Positions 49,629-59,867 of a stretch of 64,000 nucleotides of DNA are shown here, piece by piece. The DNA comes from a virus (Duplodnaviria; Caudoviricetes): the IMG/VR virus record IMGVR_UViG_3300048591_000242, positions 64,001 through 128,000 of that record, one strand, 5' to 3'. Both the position numbers and the translations under genes were made by a program. A model generated the notes under the pieces. That model was not told where the DNA came from. It made no database searches and worked only from the letters and a program-made list of their open reading frames with translations. The stretch's first letter is position 1, and every line of letters starts with the position of its first letter.

Positions 49629-51305
49629 ATGAGTAATATGGTGTTTCGTAGAGACCCAAATAGAGGTTTTAGGGTTTGGTCGCAGCACGAAGTATATATA
49701 GGGGAATTGGGTGTTACTACCGGTACTCTATATATACCGAATGTAAACGATTTGGTTGTTAACCCAAACGGTATTATCTATCAGGTAAAGGAAGTGGATG
49801 AGGCCAGTGGGTTGCCTACACTTGAAGTTATAAATGGTAAAGATGCTAATTCTGGTATAACTGACCCAGACAGTTTGCCTGAAGGACTGCGTAACTATCA
49901 GCCACATGGCATAAATCGCATTTTCATAGATACTAGCGTATCACCTTCCATTATTTCGGTGGATTCTAGATACCGTATATATGGCAGTGAAACTACGCAG
50001 GCTAAACTATTTAAAGGTACTGACATTAGTACCAGTGGTGAGGTTATATCACACACCTTAAACAGTAGCGGTGTAGTTGTATCTGAGATGATTGCTTTGG
50101 TACCTTTATTCGATGGCAATACTACGATTAAACGTCCGGCCAGATTCCATACTACGGCTGAGTTGGCGGATGGTGAGTTAGTTACTCTGGTAATCTACAA
50201 TGCTAGTGGGCGGGTATCAGGTACCCACCCGTTTATTGTTAGAAATGCCAATACCATAAGTGGGCCTACCGCTAGTAACATTTACATAGTAGATGTAGAG
50301 TTAGTAGGTGATCTTATTTCTGACGAAAACCCATTGCTAATCGAAAACCCATTGCATGTGCCATTCCAGACAAACATGTTGTTTGCTAGAATACACTATA
50401 GTAATGGTGATTATGCCGACCATGCAATAGACGGTAATAAGATAAAGTTACATGGAGTATCTGGGTTTAATACTAGTATAATTGGTCCTAGCAGTAACGT
50501 GGTGTTAAGTTATTATCCGGATAGCACTGAACCGGCTATAAACCTACAGGGTAGCATACATCCGTCCATTAGTAAGACATATAGACTTACTAATATAATG
50601 GCGTCTACTGATCTAGCGCTGAAGCTATACGTTATTCCAGTATGGACAGGTTCAGGCTATGTACTTAAATTCAGACTTACTGATCTTGAGTATCTAGCTA
50701 ACCTGGATGTTACTGACTTAGTGACAGTTTCTAGATCCGATGGTACTGCCTTTAGAGGTAATGACTACGGTAGAGAGCAAACAGTAAACGTATATCTGGA
50801 TTTGTCTAGAATTAACCCTAACCAGAATCCACCACACACTCACGTACAGCAATTTAAGATAACTCTTAATGCGCCAGGCGGTTTAAGTGTAGATAATTAC
50901 GTTATCGACTACGGTGGTGACGGTATGACCTATTTCGGTGCCGGACACTATGCTACTGCCTCCTTAACATATACCCACAAGTTTAAACTGGATATTAACC
51001 AGACTAGCCTTGAAGATTGGAAATCGTGGTTATATAGAACACTTGATCCTATCTTCGATAACTCTGTAGATACTGAAGCACCAGAACCCACACACTTCAG
51101 ACTGGAGCATGGTGGCGTTAATGGCGGCAGGCTAATAGGGACATACGACATCTCTCAATGGGATGACGAGTTTGAGTTAGGCACAGAAAGGGAATGGGAA
51201 CAGGGTTATCCTTTAGTAGTAACCTTTATAGTTAGAGTCAGTGGCACAGACAAGATACTTGGTGTGGCTCCTTTGGCTATTAAGTATATTTACTCTGGAT
51301 CATAA
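49629..51305 (+). CDS. virion structural protein (phiKZ gp26-like by synteny)
   Basis: Beta-rich; GGAG RBS before MSNMVFRRDP. Confidence 0.6.
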   Translation: MSNMVFRRDPNRGFRVWSQHEVYIGELGVTTGTLYIPNVNDLVVNPNGIIYQVKEVDEASGLPTLEVINGKDANSGITDPDSLPEGLRNYQPHGINRIFIDTSVSPSIISVDSRYRIYGSETTQAKLFKGTDISTSGEVISHTLNSSGVVVSEMIALVPLFDGNTTIKRPARFHTTAELADGELVTLVIYNASGRVSGTHPFIVRNANTISGPTASNIYIVDVELVGDLISDENPLLIENPLHVPFQTNMLFARIHYSNGDYADHAIDGNKIKLHGVSGFNTSIIGPSSNVVLSYYPDSTEPAINLQGSIHPSISKTYRLTNIMASTDLALKLYVIPVWTGSGYVLKFRLTDLEYLANLDVTDLVTVSRSDGTAFRGNDYGREQTVNVYLDLSRINPNQNPPHTHVQQFKITLNAPGGLSVDNYVIDYGGDGMTYFGAGHYATASLTYTHKFKLDINQTSLEDWKSWLYRTLDPIFDNSVDTEAPEPTHFRLEHGGVNGGRLIGTYDISQWDDEFELGTEREWEQGYPLVVTFIVRVSGTDKILGVAPLAIKYIYSGS

Positions 51306-51314
51306 TGGATTTGT

Positions 51315-51584
51315 GTGGCTATGAAAAGTAAAATAAATAAAAAGGGTGTTAAGCTTGTAAGACATGCTAGTGGTGAAAAGCTAGCTTTTGGGCCAGTACA
51401 ATGGCTTAAAGTAAAACCGGTTATTGCTAATGAGTTGTCTAAATGCAATAGCAAGGCTGAACTGCTCCATGCCACTAAAGATATTTTAGGTGGTATCTAT
51501 GGTAGAGATGTAGCTATCATAAAAATGGTAGATGCAGCAGTATCCAGACTAGGTAGTTCTTCAAGGGAAACACAGGAAGCATAG
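51315..51584 (+). CDS. hypothetical protein
   Basis: 89 aa ORF. Confidence 0.55.
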   Translation: MAMKSKINKKGVKLVRHASGEKLAFGPVQWLKVKPVIANELSKCNSKAELLHATKDILGGIYGRDVAIIKMVDAAVSRLGSSSRETQEA

Positions 51585-51600
51585 TTGTAAGTAAGTCTAT

Positions 51601-51643
51601 AGTCATAGATCCGGCGTTTGTCTGGATCTATGACTGTATGCCG
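51601..51643 (+). terminator. hairpin + TATGCCG element
   Basis: AGTCATAGATCC/GGATCTATGACT stem, TATGCCG at 51637-51643. Confidence 0.7.
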
Positions 51644-51661
51644 TATGTTTACTATAACTTA

Positions 51662-51684
51662 AGGTATATATCACTATAGTAGAA
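51662..51684 (+). promoter_or_regulatory. putative early promoter AGGTATATATCACTATAGTAGAA
   Basis: Identical to 40225-40247. Confidence 0.75.
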
Positions 51685-51716
51685 ACTTTGCTTATAGTAA
51701 CTATTGGAGAATAGTC

Positions 51717-52445
51717 GTGGGTAGAAAAAAAGAAGTTGTGGTTGTAAACACGTACGATCAGATGGTTTATATATTTGAGAGTCTAGGTAGTACCATAGAA
51801 GGGGCTAAGCGGTTAGAATTGCCAGGGGCTAATGAGAAAGGATTCGCTACTACAGTAACAAAGATATTGGGTGGTAAGGAGAATAACGAACCAAATGCCA
51901 TATTGGAGTTCTATTACATAGAGGACTACGATAAACATGTAAAGACCTTAAGGTCATGGTGGAAAGGCACTGAGATATTCCTAACGCTTACTGACGATGA
52001 TAGCGTCTTTATATTTCCAGATAAAGCTGCTTTAATGAATTATTTACGAGCTGTATTCCCTAATAGGGAAGGAATGGGTTCTTTAGAAAACATGGAAATG
52101 GATGGAGTTATAATTAATCTTGGATACAACTGTGAAGCCGAGATTGATGATATGAAAAGCATTGTCGATAGCTATGGTAATGGGTGGAATATATTTACCA
52201 GTCAGGCTATGGCTGCTTTAGGTGGCGACAAGATAACATCACCCGTGGGTTTATGTAACAACGGAGATGAGGAATATCTGGCCTTCGATCCATACGCCTC
52301 AGTTAGGATACACAAATTCGCAGAGGGTAAATATGTTACTCGTGAGTATATGAATGTATTGGAGGCAGGTATAGCAGAGGATACGTGTGTGTCAGTCATA
52401 GTAGTAGAAATGTTAAATACCCCTGAAGTAGTCTATAGTAGGTAA
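51717..52445 (+). CDS. hypothetical protein
   Basis: GGAG RBS, GTG start, downstream of the promoter motif. Confidence 0.7.
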   Translation: MGRKKEVVVVNTYDQMVYIFESLGSTIEGAKRLELPGANEKGFATTVTKILGGKENNEPNAILEFYYIEDYDKHVKTLRSWWKGTEIFLTLTDDDSVFIFPDKAALMNYLRAVFPNREGMGSLENMEMDGVIINLGYNCEAEIDDMKSIVDSYGNGWNIFTSQAMAALGGDKITSPVGLCNNGDEEYLAFDPYASVRIHKFAEGKYVTREYMNVLEAGIAEDTCVSVIVVEMLNTPEVVYSR

Positions 52446-52508
52446 AATGTGAATTGTGTGTAGTCAGCCGCCGTTGACTATGTATATCCCAGACATAGGT
52501 AAAAGATC

Positions 52509-53021
52509 ATGGGACTCGTATACCTGTACAGGCACACACGGAGTATTATTACACTACTACTCCTTAAAATATCTAAGCTATTAAACATACACTTTAGTAG
52601 TTTAGATAGGTGGGGCTTCAATAGACATACTAACCATACAAAGGCTATGGCTTGTCTAGACGATGAGAAATTGGCGGACTGCATAATAGCAGTTAGGGGC
52701 GATAGTAAGCCAGACAAAATTATAGCTCTGGCAGCGGGATGGGCATACATTTTAAACAAGAAACCTTCTGACATTAGGATTATAAAGTCTTATGTTAGAT
52801 TTGTTATAAAACAAAAGCCTATTCTGGATAGTGATTACTTTATGCTTATGTCGTTACTAGATACTACTACCTTTTATCTACCGGAAAAGATAGTTAGAGC
52901 TTTAATATCTAGTAGTGATTTATCCTACGAAGAAATGGATATCGTATTAGCGGATAAAGGCATTAAGTTAGAGAGAGCCTCATTGTTATATAGTGGGGAT
53001 GTTAGGTGGCTCGGTAGATAA
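52509..53021 (+). CDS. hypothetical protein
   Basis: 170 aa ORF. Confidence 0.55.
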   Translation: MGLVYLYRHTRSIITLLLLKISKLLNIHFSSLDRWGFNRHTNHTKAMACLDDEKLADCIIAVRGDSKPDKIIALAAGWAYILNKKPSDIRIIKSYVRFVIKQKPILDSDYFMLMSLLDTTTFYLPEKIVRALISSSDLSYEEMDIVLADKGIKLERASLLYSGDVRWLGR

Positions 53022-53124
53022 TAAACGCAGATACTCGGTATATCCGGGTATCTGTGATTTATGCATTTATTTATTTTTTCCTATAATAATTTATAAAACA
53101 ACCACAATAACTGGGGTATTTGCA

Positions 53125-55269
53125 ATGACAATTTTGTATGAGGCCGATTGGGGTAAATACCCGTCAGCTATAATAGATACAAAAACTACTAATACTAGTT
53201 TTCTACGACTAGCCAGTGTTTATAACCGGATGTCTGTGAAAAATAATGCGTTTCATCTTAGTTTATTACAGCCTAAACTACAGGGAGTAAATCCATTTGA
53301 TCCAGATTTAGATGAAGAAACCCAGCTAATGATAGCTCTGGAGTGCAGATGGAACCTGTGGTATTGTCTAAGAGAAATTATTCATCTACCCCCACAGGGT
53401 GGACCTAGCCCTATTCGCTATAAAGCCAACAGAGGTAACATAGCGCTTAGCTGGGCATTCATGAACCACATAGATTTTGCATTAATACAGCCACGACAAA
53501 CAGGTAAGTCAGGCTCTACAGACTCACTGTGGATAACAGTAATGAATCTGATGGCCACCCACACCACAATACAGTTACTTACCAATAACGATAAGGTTAG
53601 AAAATCTAACATAGACCGTTTAAAGGGCATACGAAATGAGCTACCTCAATATCTAAACCCTATTTCTAATATGGATTCTGATAACAAAGAAGGTTTGACC
53701 TGTTTAGCTAGAAATAACATCTACAAAACAGCCATAGGTAGAACCGATAGAACGGCAGCGGATGGTGTAGGTCGTGGTTTAACTTCACCTATACTGCACT
53801 CCGATGAAACTCCCTATACACCAAACATACAGATAAGCTTACCCGTAGCACTATCCTCTGGTACTGCGGCCAGAGAAAACGCTAGAGCGGCTGGAGGCTT
53901 ATATTGTAACGTATTTACTACTACTGCTGGTAAAAAAGATTCAAAGGAGGGTAAGTTTGCGTATAATCTAATTCACAACGGTATGTACTGGAATGAAAGA
54001 CTGTTGGATTGTAGAGATAGGGAAGAGTTAGAGAATGTAATACTAAAGAACTCACATGGCGACAAGCCTATGATAAATGGTACCTTCAGCCACAGACAGC
54101 TAGGTTATACTGACGGATGGTTAAAGGATGCCATAAATAACTCTCGCTCCAGTGAGGACTTGGCTAATCGAGATTATTTAAACATATGGACTAGTGGTAC
54201 TGAGTCTAGCCCTTTAACCATAGCCATTAACGAAGCTATACATAGGTCTGAAATAGACCCCATGTACACCGAAATGACTAAGGACGGATATCAGCTAAGA
54301 TGGTATTTACCTAAGGAAGATATACTAAAGGTATTAAATGACGATCCGCATTTAATAACCTTAGATAGTAGTAATGCAGTAGGTAAGGATGCTAACGGAT
54401 TAACCTTTATAAATGCTACCGATATGTCCATTACTGCCACATCAAACGTATCTGAAGCTAACCTATTTAGGTATGCTAAATGGATTACCGACTTACTCAT
54501 TATGTACCCTAAGACCATCTTTGTTATAGAAAACAAAAGCTCTGCTCAGGGTATAATAGATGTATTACTAACTATACTTCCAAAGCACGGTATAGATCCA
54601 TTTAAAAGGATTTATAACAGACTAGTAGAGAACTCTGAGAAGTATGCAGAAGCCTTTGCTGAGCTTAAGAGGCCCGTACATAGTAGAAAGGAAGAGTTCT
54701 ATTTAAAGAACAAAGGTCTATTCGGTTTTATGACTTCTGGTAATAGCAGATCCTTTTTATATGACACCGTCCTACAGCAGGCAGCTAAGATGTCAGCACA
54801 TCTAATACGAGATAGGGTACTATCTAGTGAGATACGTGGCCTGATAATGGTAAATGGTAGAGTAGATCACCCAGCAGGGGCACATGACGACTTAACTATT
54901 TCATGGCTATTGGGACATTACTTTGTTTCACATTCTAAAGGACTTAAGCACTATGACATAGATCTTTCTTTGGTATTATCTAGAGCCATAGATGATTCTG
55001 CTGAAATATCTGAAATAGATGCTGAGAAGCGAGCTAGAGTAGCTAAGCTTAGATTAGAGGTAGAGTCTTTAAAGAGAATGTTAAAGACGGCTATTACACC
55101 CATAGAGGGTAATCGAATAGAGTGTCTACTTAGACAAAGGGTATCTACTTTAGAGCTAGAGACAGGTCAGAGCATAAACTTAGATAGCATAATAAATGAA
55201 GCTAAGGAGATTAAAAACAAATCTACCTCTTTAAGGGATGCAATAAAGAGGTACGCTATATCTAGATAA
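53125..55269 (+). CDS. terminase large subunit (phiKZ gp25-like)
   Basis: Walker A 'PRQTGKS', Walker B 'SDET', 'TTTAG', nuclease motifs 'LDSS', 'IENKS', 'HDDL'; likely start MTILYEADW. Confidence 0.92.
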   Translation: MTILYEADWGKYPSAIIDTKTTNTSFLRLASVYNRMSVKNNAFHLSLLQPKLQGVNPFDPDLDEETQLMIALECRWNLWYCLREIIHLPPQGGPSPIRYKANRGNIALSWAFMNHIDFALIQPRQTGKSGSTDSLWITVMNLMATHTTIQLLTNNDKVRKSNIDRLKGIRNELPQYLNPISNMDSDNKEGLTCLARNNIYKTAIGRTDRTAADGVGRGLTSPILHSDETPYTPNIQISLPVALSSGTAARENARAAGGLYCNVFTTTAGKKDSKEGKFAYNLIHNGMYWNERLLDCRDREELENVILKNSHGDKPMINGTFSHRQLGYTDGWLKDAINNSRSSEDLANRDYLNIWTSGTESSPLTIAINEAIHRSEIDPMYTEMTKDGYQLRWYLPKEDILKVLNDDPHLITLDSSNAVGKDANGLTFINATDMSITATSNVSEANLFRYAKWITDLLIMYPKTIFVIENKSSAQGIIDVLLTILPKHGIDPFKRIYNRLVENSEKYAEAFAELKRPVHSRKEEFYLKNKGLFGFMTSGNSRSFLYDTVLQQAAKMSAHLIRDRVLSSEIRGLIMVNGRVDHPAGAHDDLTISWLLGHYFVSHSKGLKHYDIDLSLVLSRAIDDSAEISEIDAEKRARVAKLRLEVESLKRMLKTAITPIEGNRIECLLRQRVSTLELETGQSINLDSIINEAKEIKNKSTSLRDAIKRYAISR

Positions 55270-55271
55270 TG

Positions 55272-55324
55272 CAGCATAGTACTCTAGTACTCCTACGCGG
55301 AGTACTAGAGTATGCTTTATGCCG
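55272..55324. terminator. bidirectional hairpin element
   Basis: CAGCATA - TACTCTAGTACTCC/GGAGTACTAGAGTA - TATGCCG, between convergent genes. Confidence 0.75.
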
Positions 55325-55663
55325 TTATTTTCTTACGTTACTTACTAAACCATTAAAATAGTTACGTATGGTAGTTACTACGGATTTACTTTCCTCTACC
55401 TGCTGCGGCGTATGCTTGAGCTTTAGCTGCTCTCTATCTATACCGCAAGCTACGCCAATCTCAATACGCATCGCATCTATTGTGTCTTGTAATGTAACTA
55501 AGTCGTTATATACCTCACGCATGTTAATCACTCCGGGTATACATGGATGGGTAGAAGTCCACCCATTGGCTTTGGCTATCTTAATGTTTCTACCCAATAA
55601 AGCCATATCGGCTAGAATTGTTGTTGATATTTTATTTATGTTATAAACATTTACTGTTTTCAT
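55325..55663 (-). CDS. hypothetical protein
   Basis: 112 aa ORF. Confidence 0.6.
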   Translation of the reverse strand: MKTVNVYNINKISTTILADMALLGRNIKIAKANGWTSTHPCIPGVINMREVYNDLVTLQDTIDAMRIEIGVACGIDREQLKLKHTPQQVEESKSVVTTIRNYFNGLVSNVRK

Positions 55664-55679
55664 GTGTTACAATTCCTTT

Positions 55680-56165
55680 TTATGCGACTCTATGCAGGTC
55701 AGTATCCAGGAAATACAATGACACGTTTGCATTGTTGAATCTATTTAAAATTTCTGCACCATCATGGTCAGACTCTTGCCAGTATGCTTCTGGTGGAGTA
55801 GGTACTACAACGAACGACAGATCCACCTGAGCGATTAAACCTAAACAGGTAGGACAAGGTATCCTTGTCGTATAAAGTACGCCACCGGACACTCTGGCCC
55901 CAGTACGCAGTGCATTCATTAGAGCATTAGCTTCGGCATGTACTATATTTCTTCTGACAAACTCCCTATCTTCAAATATAGACTCAGGCTCCATCATACC
56001 TCTTGGAAATCCATTAAACCCATCAGTTATTATTTCTTTGTCAGACCCTACAATAACGGCCCCTACTCCAGCTACTGGGTCTTTGGAGTAGCTAGCCACT
56101 ATATGAGCCCTATCCATAAATCTATTGTGCCATTTAAGGCTAAAGCTATTAGGGTCTATAACCAT
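55680..56165 (-). CDS. deoxycytidylate (dCMP) deaminase
   Basis: 'SKDP...VGAVIV', 'GFNG', 'HAEANA', 'PCPTC'; the true start is uncertain (track ORF extends to 56270). Confidence 0.88.
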   Translation of the reverse strand: MVIDPNSFSLKWHNRFMDRAHIVASYSKDPVAGVGAVIVGSDKEIITDGFNGFPRGMMEPESIFEDREFVRRNIVHAEANALMNALRTGARVSGGVLYTTRIPCPTCLGLIAQVDLSFVVVPTPPEAYWQESDHDGAEILNRFNNANVSLYFLDTDLHRVA

Positions 56166-56178
56166 CTTAATCACCACA

Positions 56179-56586
56179 CTAGTATAAACGTATACCGCCA
56201 CTACACTCATTAACCCTAGAATATCTAGGCACCAACAGCACCAGGCCATAAGAGTAAACCAAACAAACACCTTCCGTATTTACAATACGCACAGACTCAG
56301 TTTTAATAACCCTATGATACTTATACAGACTTACATTGTTCTCGTTTGCTCTTACAAACCGCCACTCTTCCCCACTTTCCATATAACAAGTTAATACCGT
56401 ATACCTATCCTCATATACGGTGTAACTGCGTACATAATCCATCTGTGTACTGGCTAATACATTACCTTCAATAAAGCTTTGTATCTGTAAAATATACCTT
56501 ATATTTTTAGAGGATATATCCGCTAGATTCATACAGCCTACAGTATTGCTTAATGCTGTTTTATCAGTCAATCTGTATATCGTCAT
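56179..56586 (-). CDS. hypothetical protein
   Basis: 135 aa ORF. Confidence 0.5.
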   Translation of the reverse strand: MTIYRLTDKTALSNTVGCMNLADISSKNIRYILQIQSFIEGNVLASTQMDYVRSYTVYEDRYTVLTCYMESGEEWRFVRANENNVSLYKYHRVIKTESVRIVNTEGVCLVYSYGLVLLVPRYSRVNECSGGIRLY

Positions 56587-56640
56587 GACGGTGGCTGTCC
56601 TATATAGGGTTTATTTACAGATAATTTTAAGTACCGGTAA

Positions 56641-58428
56641 TTAATTAAATACCTTATAGGTAAGTATTCTTAGCGTACAGTATATTAGACATGCTATACG
56701 GGTAGAGGCCAGTATACCTGAATGTTTATTAGAGATAGCATTAGTTACTACATCTGTTACTATATCCCTAACCTCCAAAATATCTTGATTGGTAAGCTGT
56801 GAAGATCTATACATGTTTCTTAACTTCACAACCATAGCGGTTAGATTAACGTTCTCTCCAGTATTTACTCGTCGGTATTCTGTTATATAGATAACTAAAT
56901 TACGTATTAGCTTTTCTATGTCAGGCTTATTTCTCTTACCAAAGTTAGCTGGTATTTCCTCTAATGCTTTAGTAAGAAAACGTTTATCTGCGGTAGGTAC
57001 TAATATTAAGGTCTGTTCAACTAACTCGCTACGTATAAAGTCGTTTCTGTCCTTAAAGACCTCAATGCTATTGCGTATGAGAGCGTCTGCGTTATTCTCA
57101 TACTCACGCATTACTCTTTCACCATCTTTAGTAATAAACTTACTTTCAGATAGTACCCTAACATCGGCATCCCTAAGACGCATATATTCACTAGTTAATT
57201 TCTTTATAACTTCCCGTATTCTGGACTGTATGTCTGTAACCACATACATTACTTTTGGGTCGTTATCAAATAACTCTAAGGTCGCTCTATGTACGCTACT
57301 GTCAGACAGGATATCTAGTGATCTAGCCATTACTAAGCCACCCCAGTTATGGTGTTTCTTAAGTAGACTCTTTCTACTAAGAGACTCATATAAAGCTAAA
57401 GCTATAGCCTCCTGGCTCTTATGTGGGAAGAAGTGCCCTAATAGCGACGAAAGAAACTTGTAATGCAGCATCTTAAAAATAGCTAACAAGGCCGAATCTC
57501 TTTCTTTACTAGACAAAGAGTCACTGTTTATAAAGCGATGCGCTAAATATACAAAACTCATATTTACTGGAGACTTACCAACCACACCATATTTGTTGAC
57601 CTCTTCTACGTCTCTGAAGTCATCAGTTAGCTCTTCCCATTCTTCTATCTTAAGGATGTCTTCTATCCACTCACCCTCGTCATCATACGTATATTTAATG
57701 CGGTATATGCCTAACAGATTACTACCTAGAAAATTAATGTGTTCTTCATTTCTGGTTTCAAATCCAGTTACAAAAGAAACTACCTTTTTAGCTAAAGATG
57801 AGTCTATGTCTAGATGTGAAAAGTAATTATCAAATACATCCTTTATCGAGTTACCGGAAGACTTAAGATTCTCAAAGGACGGATTTACATGATGTACTAC
57901 ATGTACACCCTTTGGTACAGTGTAGTCACCTGGGTTTACTTCATTCTCCAGACTCTGTGATTCTGGAAAATGCCATATAGGTAACTCACCTAAAACGTAT
58001 CTGCCTTCATAGAAGCTAGAAATAGAATGCTCGTGTGCCCTTAATTTAGGTACGTACGCTAGCAACATCTTTATAGCTGGAGTAATTATAATTTCAGCTA
58101 CTTTAATTAAGTGTACTGGGTCGGTACACCAGATTACGTTGGTAATGGTAGTGTCTCCTACCAGATAGTTGGCATCTAGATACTTACTATCTAACCTTCT
58201 AAAGGTATCTCTTACTGGAGAATATACAGAGAAGCTCATACCGGCTGGAGGTAAGGTATCTAGATCTATATGTGCCGCCAGGATAGCTTCATTTATTGTT
58301 GGGCAAAAGGGTATCCTGGGCTTGTTACTTTCATCCAACCTTTTAAATTTTTCAGGTACTTCTGGAACGAAGGGATAAAGCACGGATAAGTCGTGGTTCT
58401 CAGAAATATGAAATAGTTTAATAGCCAT
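56641..58428 (-). CDS. virion structural protein (phiKZ gp32-like) with an extra N-terminal domain
   Basis: The C-terminal ~400 aa ('NEEHINFLGSNLLG', 'HYKFLSSL..HFF', 'YESLSRKSLLK', 'VTDIQSRIR') match the remembered family; the ~160-aa N-terminal domain ends at a S-L-E site. Confidence 0.65.
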   Translation of the reverse strand: MAIKLFHISENHDLSVLYPFVPEVPEKFKRLDESNKPRIPFCPTINEAILAAHIDLDTLPPAGMSFSVYSPVRDTFRRLDSKYLDANYLVGDTTITNVIWCTDPVHLIKVAEIIITPAIKMLLAYVPKLRAHEHSISSFYEGRYVLGELPIWHFPESQSLENEVNPGDYTVPKGVHVVHHVNPSFENLKSSGNSIKDVFDNYFSHLDIDSSLAKKVVSFVTGFETRNEEHINFLGSNLLGIYRIKYTYDDEGEWIEDILKIEEWEELTDDFRDVEEVNKYGVVGKSPVNMSFVYLAHRFINSDSLSSKERDSALLAIFKMLHYKFLSSLLGHFFPHKSQEAIALALYESLSRKSLLKKHHNWGGLVMARSLDILSDSSVHRATLELFDNDPKVMYVVTDIQSRIREVIKKLTSEYMRLRDADVRVLSESKFITKDGERVMREYENNADALIRNSIEVFKDRNDFIRSELVEQTLILVPTADKRFLTKALEEIPANFGKRNKPDIEKLIRNLVIYITEYRRVNTGENVNLTAMVVKLRNMYRSSQLTNQDILEVRDIVTDVVTNAISNKHSGILASTRIACLIYCTLRILTYKVFN

Positions 58429-58611
58429 TGCCTAACTCCGTTTGAGTATAAAATGCGTTATATATAATCGCTGTAGCTATGTATTTTGTTAATTGTATAT
58501 AGAGGCTATATAGTGTTAAAAATAACTATATAGATGAATAGTACGACGGCAGGGAAAACGGGCTACAGCTAATAGCTGGCCCAACTTCCCGTATGTTTTT
58601 ATGGAGGCTTT

Positions 58612-59100
58612 ATGTTATCTGGTAAGAAGTCAGTAGCTCTTAAGGGCAAATATGACATTAGGGCCATACTAAAGGAAGGGCCTTTAAATAAGCTATCTAT
58701 AGATGAAGTTATGGATAACGTAAACATAACCGCAGCCATTATAGATACTTATACTCTTGTACTGCAAAACTGTGAATCAGTGAATTTGTATGATTTTACA
58801 AATGACACCCTAGAAGTACCTGAAGTAATTATAAGAATGTGTGAGAGGGTTATATTCCCTACAGTAGTAAAGTCGAAGATGGTATCTATAACCAACAGTA
58901 CCATACATGTAGAAGAGCCAAAGAAACTACATATAAGCGGCGATCTAATATTAACCGACTCTATATTTACTGGAGGAGGAGAGGTTATTGTAAATGGTAC
59001 AGTATATGCCGATGATGTTAGTTATACCAAAATACCGGAATGGAACATACGCTATAATAAGCTAGTAGACGTAGGTAGTACTAACAGAATACAAACATAA
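58612..59100 (+). CDS. hypothetical protein
   Basis: GGAGG RBS. Confidence 0.7.
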   Translation: MLSGKKSVALKGKYDIRAILKEGPLNKLSIDEVMDNVNITAAIIDTYTLVLQNCESVNLYDFTNDTLEVPEVIIRMCERVIFPTVVKSKMVSITNSTIHVEEPKKLHISGDLILTDSIFTGGGEVIVNGTVYADDVSYTKIPEWNIRYNKLVDVGSTNRIQT

Positions 59101-59106
59101 GCTTTA

Positions 59107-59141
59107 TACCTATCCCGTTCTGGGGATAGGTAATTATGCTG
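59107..59141 (+). terminator. hairpin + TATGCTG element
   Basis: TACCTATCCC/GGGATAGGTA stem, TATGCTG at 59135-59141. Confidence 0.65.
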
Positions 59142-59221
59142 TATTTTAGATTCAACATTTATTCAGATATATATTAAAGTAATAGAGCAACAATGCTTTT
59201 AGTTACTAGAGGTATTTGATT

Positions 59222-59353
59222 ATGCAAGAATTCAAGAAGAATAAGGCTATACTGGAAGAACGAGCTTTGGCATATAAGGATATAAAGAAACACAAACACT
59301 GCATGCATAGTACTATAGTGCGTGCAAACAGAAACAAGTACAAAACCATTTAA
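59222..59353 (+). CDS. small basic protein (43 aa), not in the ORF track
   Basis: GAGGT RBS; a promoter-like AGATATATATTAA lies at 59165-59177. Confidence 0.55.
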   Translation: MQEFKKNKAILEERALAYKDIKKHKHCMHSTIVRANRNKYKTI

Positions 59354-59386
59354 TCCAATAAGACTTTAAGTCTAGGAGAATTTATT

Positions 59387-59827
59387 ATGTTTACTGCATC
59401 TTTATGTTTAGCACTTTCAGCACTGTTTGGTTTGGCTCTTACCCTTAAAAGATTCATGGGACTAGTTAACCGAAGAACAGTGACTAAAGTTACGCTGCTA
59501 AATCTTGTAACCTCGAGTATTTTATTAGCGTTTGAAGGCGGAACTAACCCACTCATTGTATTGGGCCTTATTATGCCGATGGTGGCTCTACCTATAACTC
59601 TGGACAATATCTTAAAGGATAACATGAAAATGTTTGTTCGTTATGCCATATTTCCTGTAGCAGTGATGGTAATAGGCATAATAAATTTATGGTTGACCGG
59701 CTATGAGCCTATAGCACTGACTCTGTTCTTTGCGTTAGGGTTAGGGGTTGTGCTAAATACGGTTGGCTCTAGAGCTAGAGCAGAAAACGCAATTGCCGTG
59801 GCAAGACAAGTATACTTTGAAATTTAA
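59387..59827 (+). CDS. membrane protein, paralogue A
   Basis: About 5 TM helices; shares GGT(N/D)P, LP..LD.ILK and TG.EP motifs with the next gene. Confidence 0.75.
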   Translation: MFTASLCLALSALFGLALTLKRFMGLVNRRTVTKVTLLNLVTSSILLAFEGGTNPLIVLGLIMPMVALPITLDNILKDNMKMFVRYAIFPVAVMVIGIINLWLTGYEPIALTLFFALGLGVVLNTVGSRARAENAIAVARQVYFEI

Positions 59828-59867
59828 CATAATCCACTGATAGGGTTTTAAACCCAGGAGAATCTCT

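Noticed and set aside
52993-53124. ORF-track N-terminal extension of the terminase
   Set aside because: It is AT-rich intergenic-like sequence overlapping the previous gene; the family-like start is MTILYEADW at 53125.
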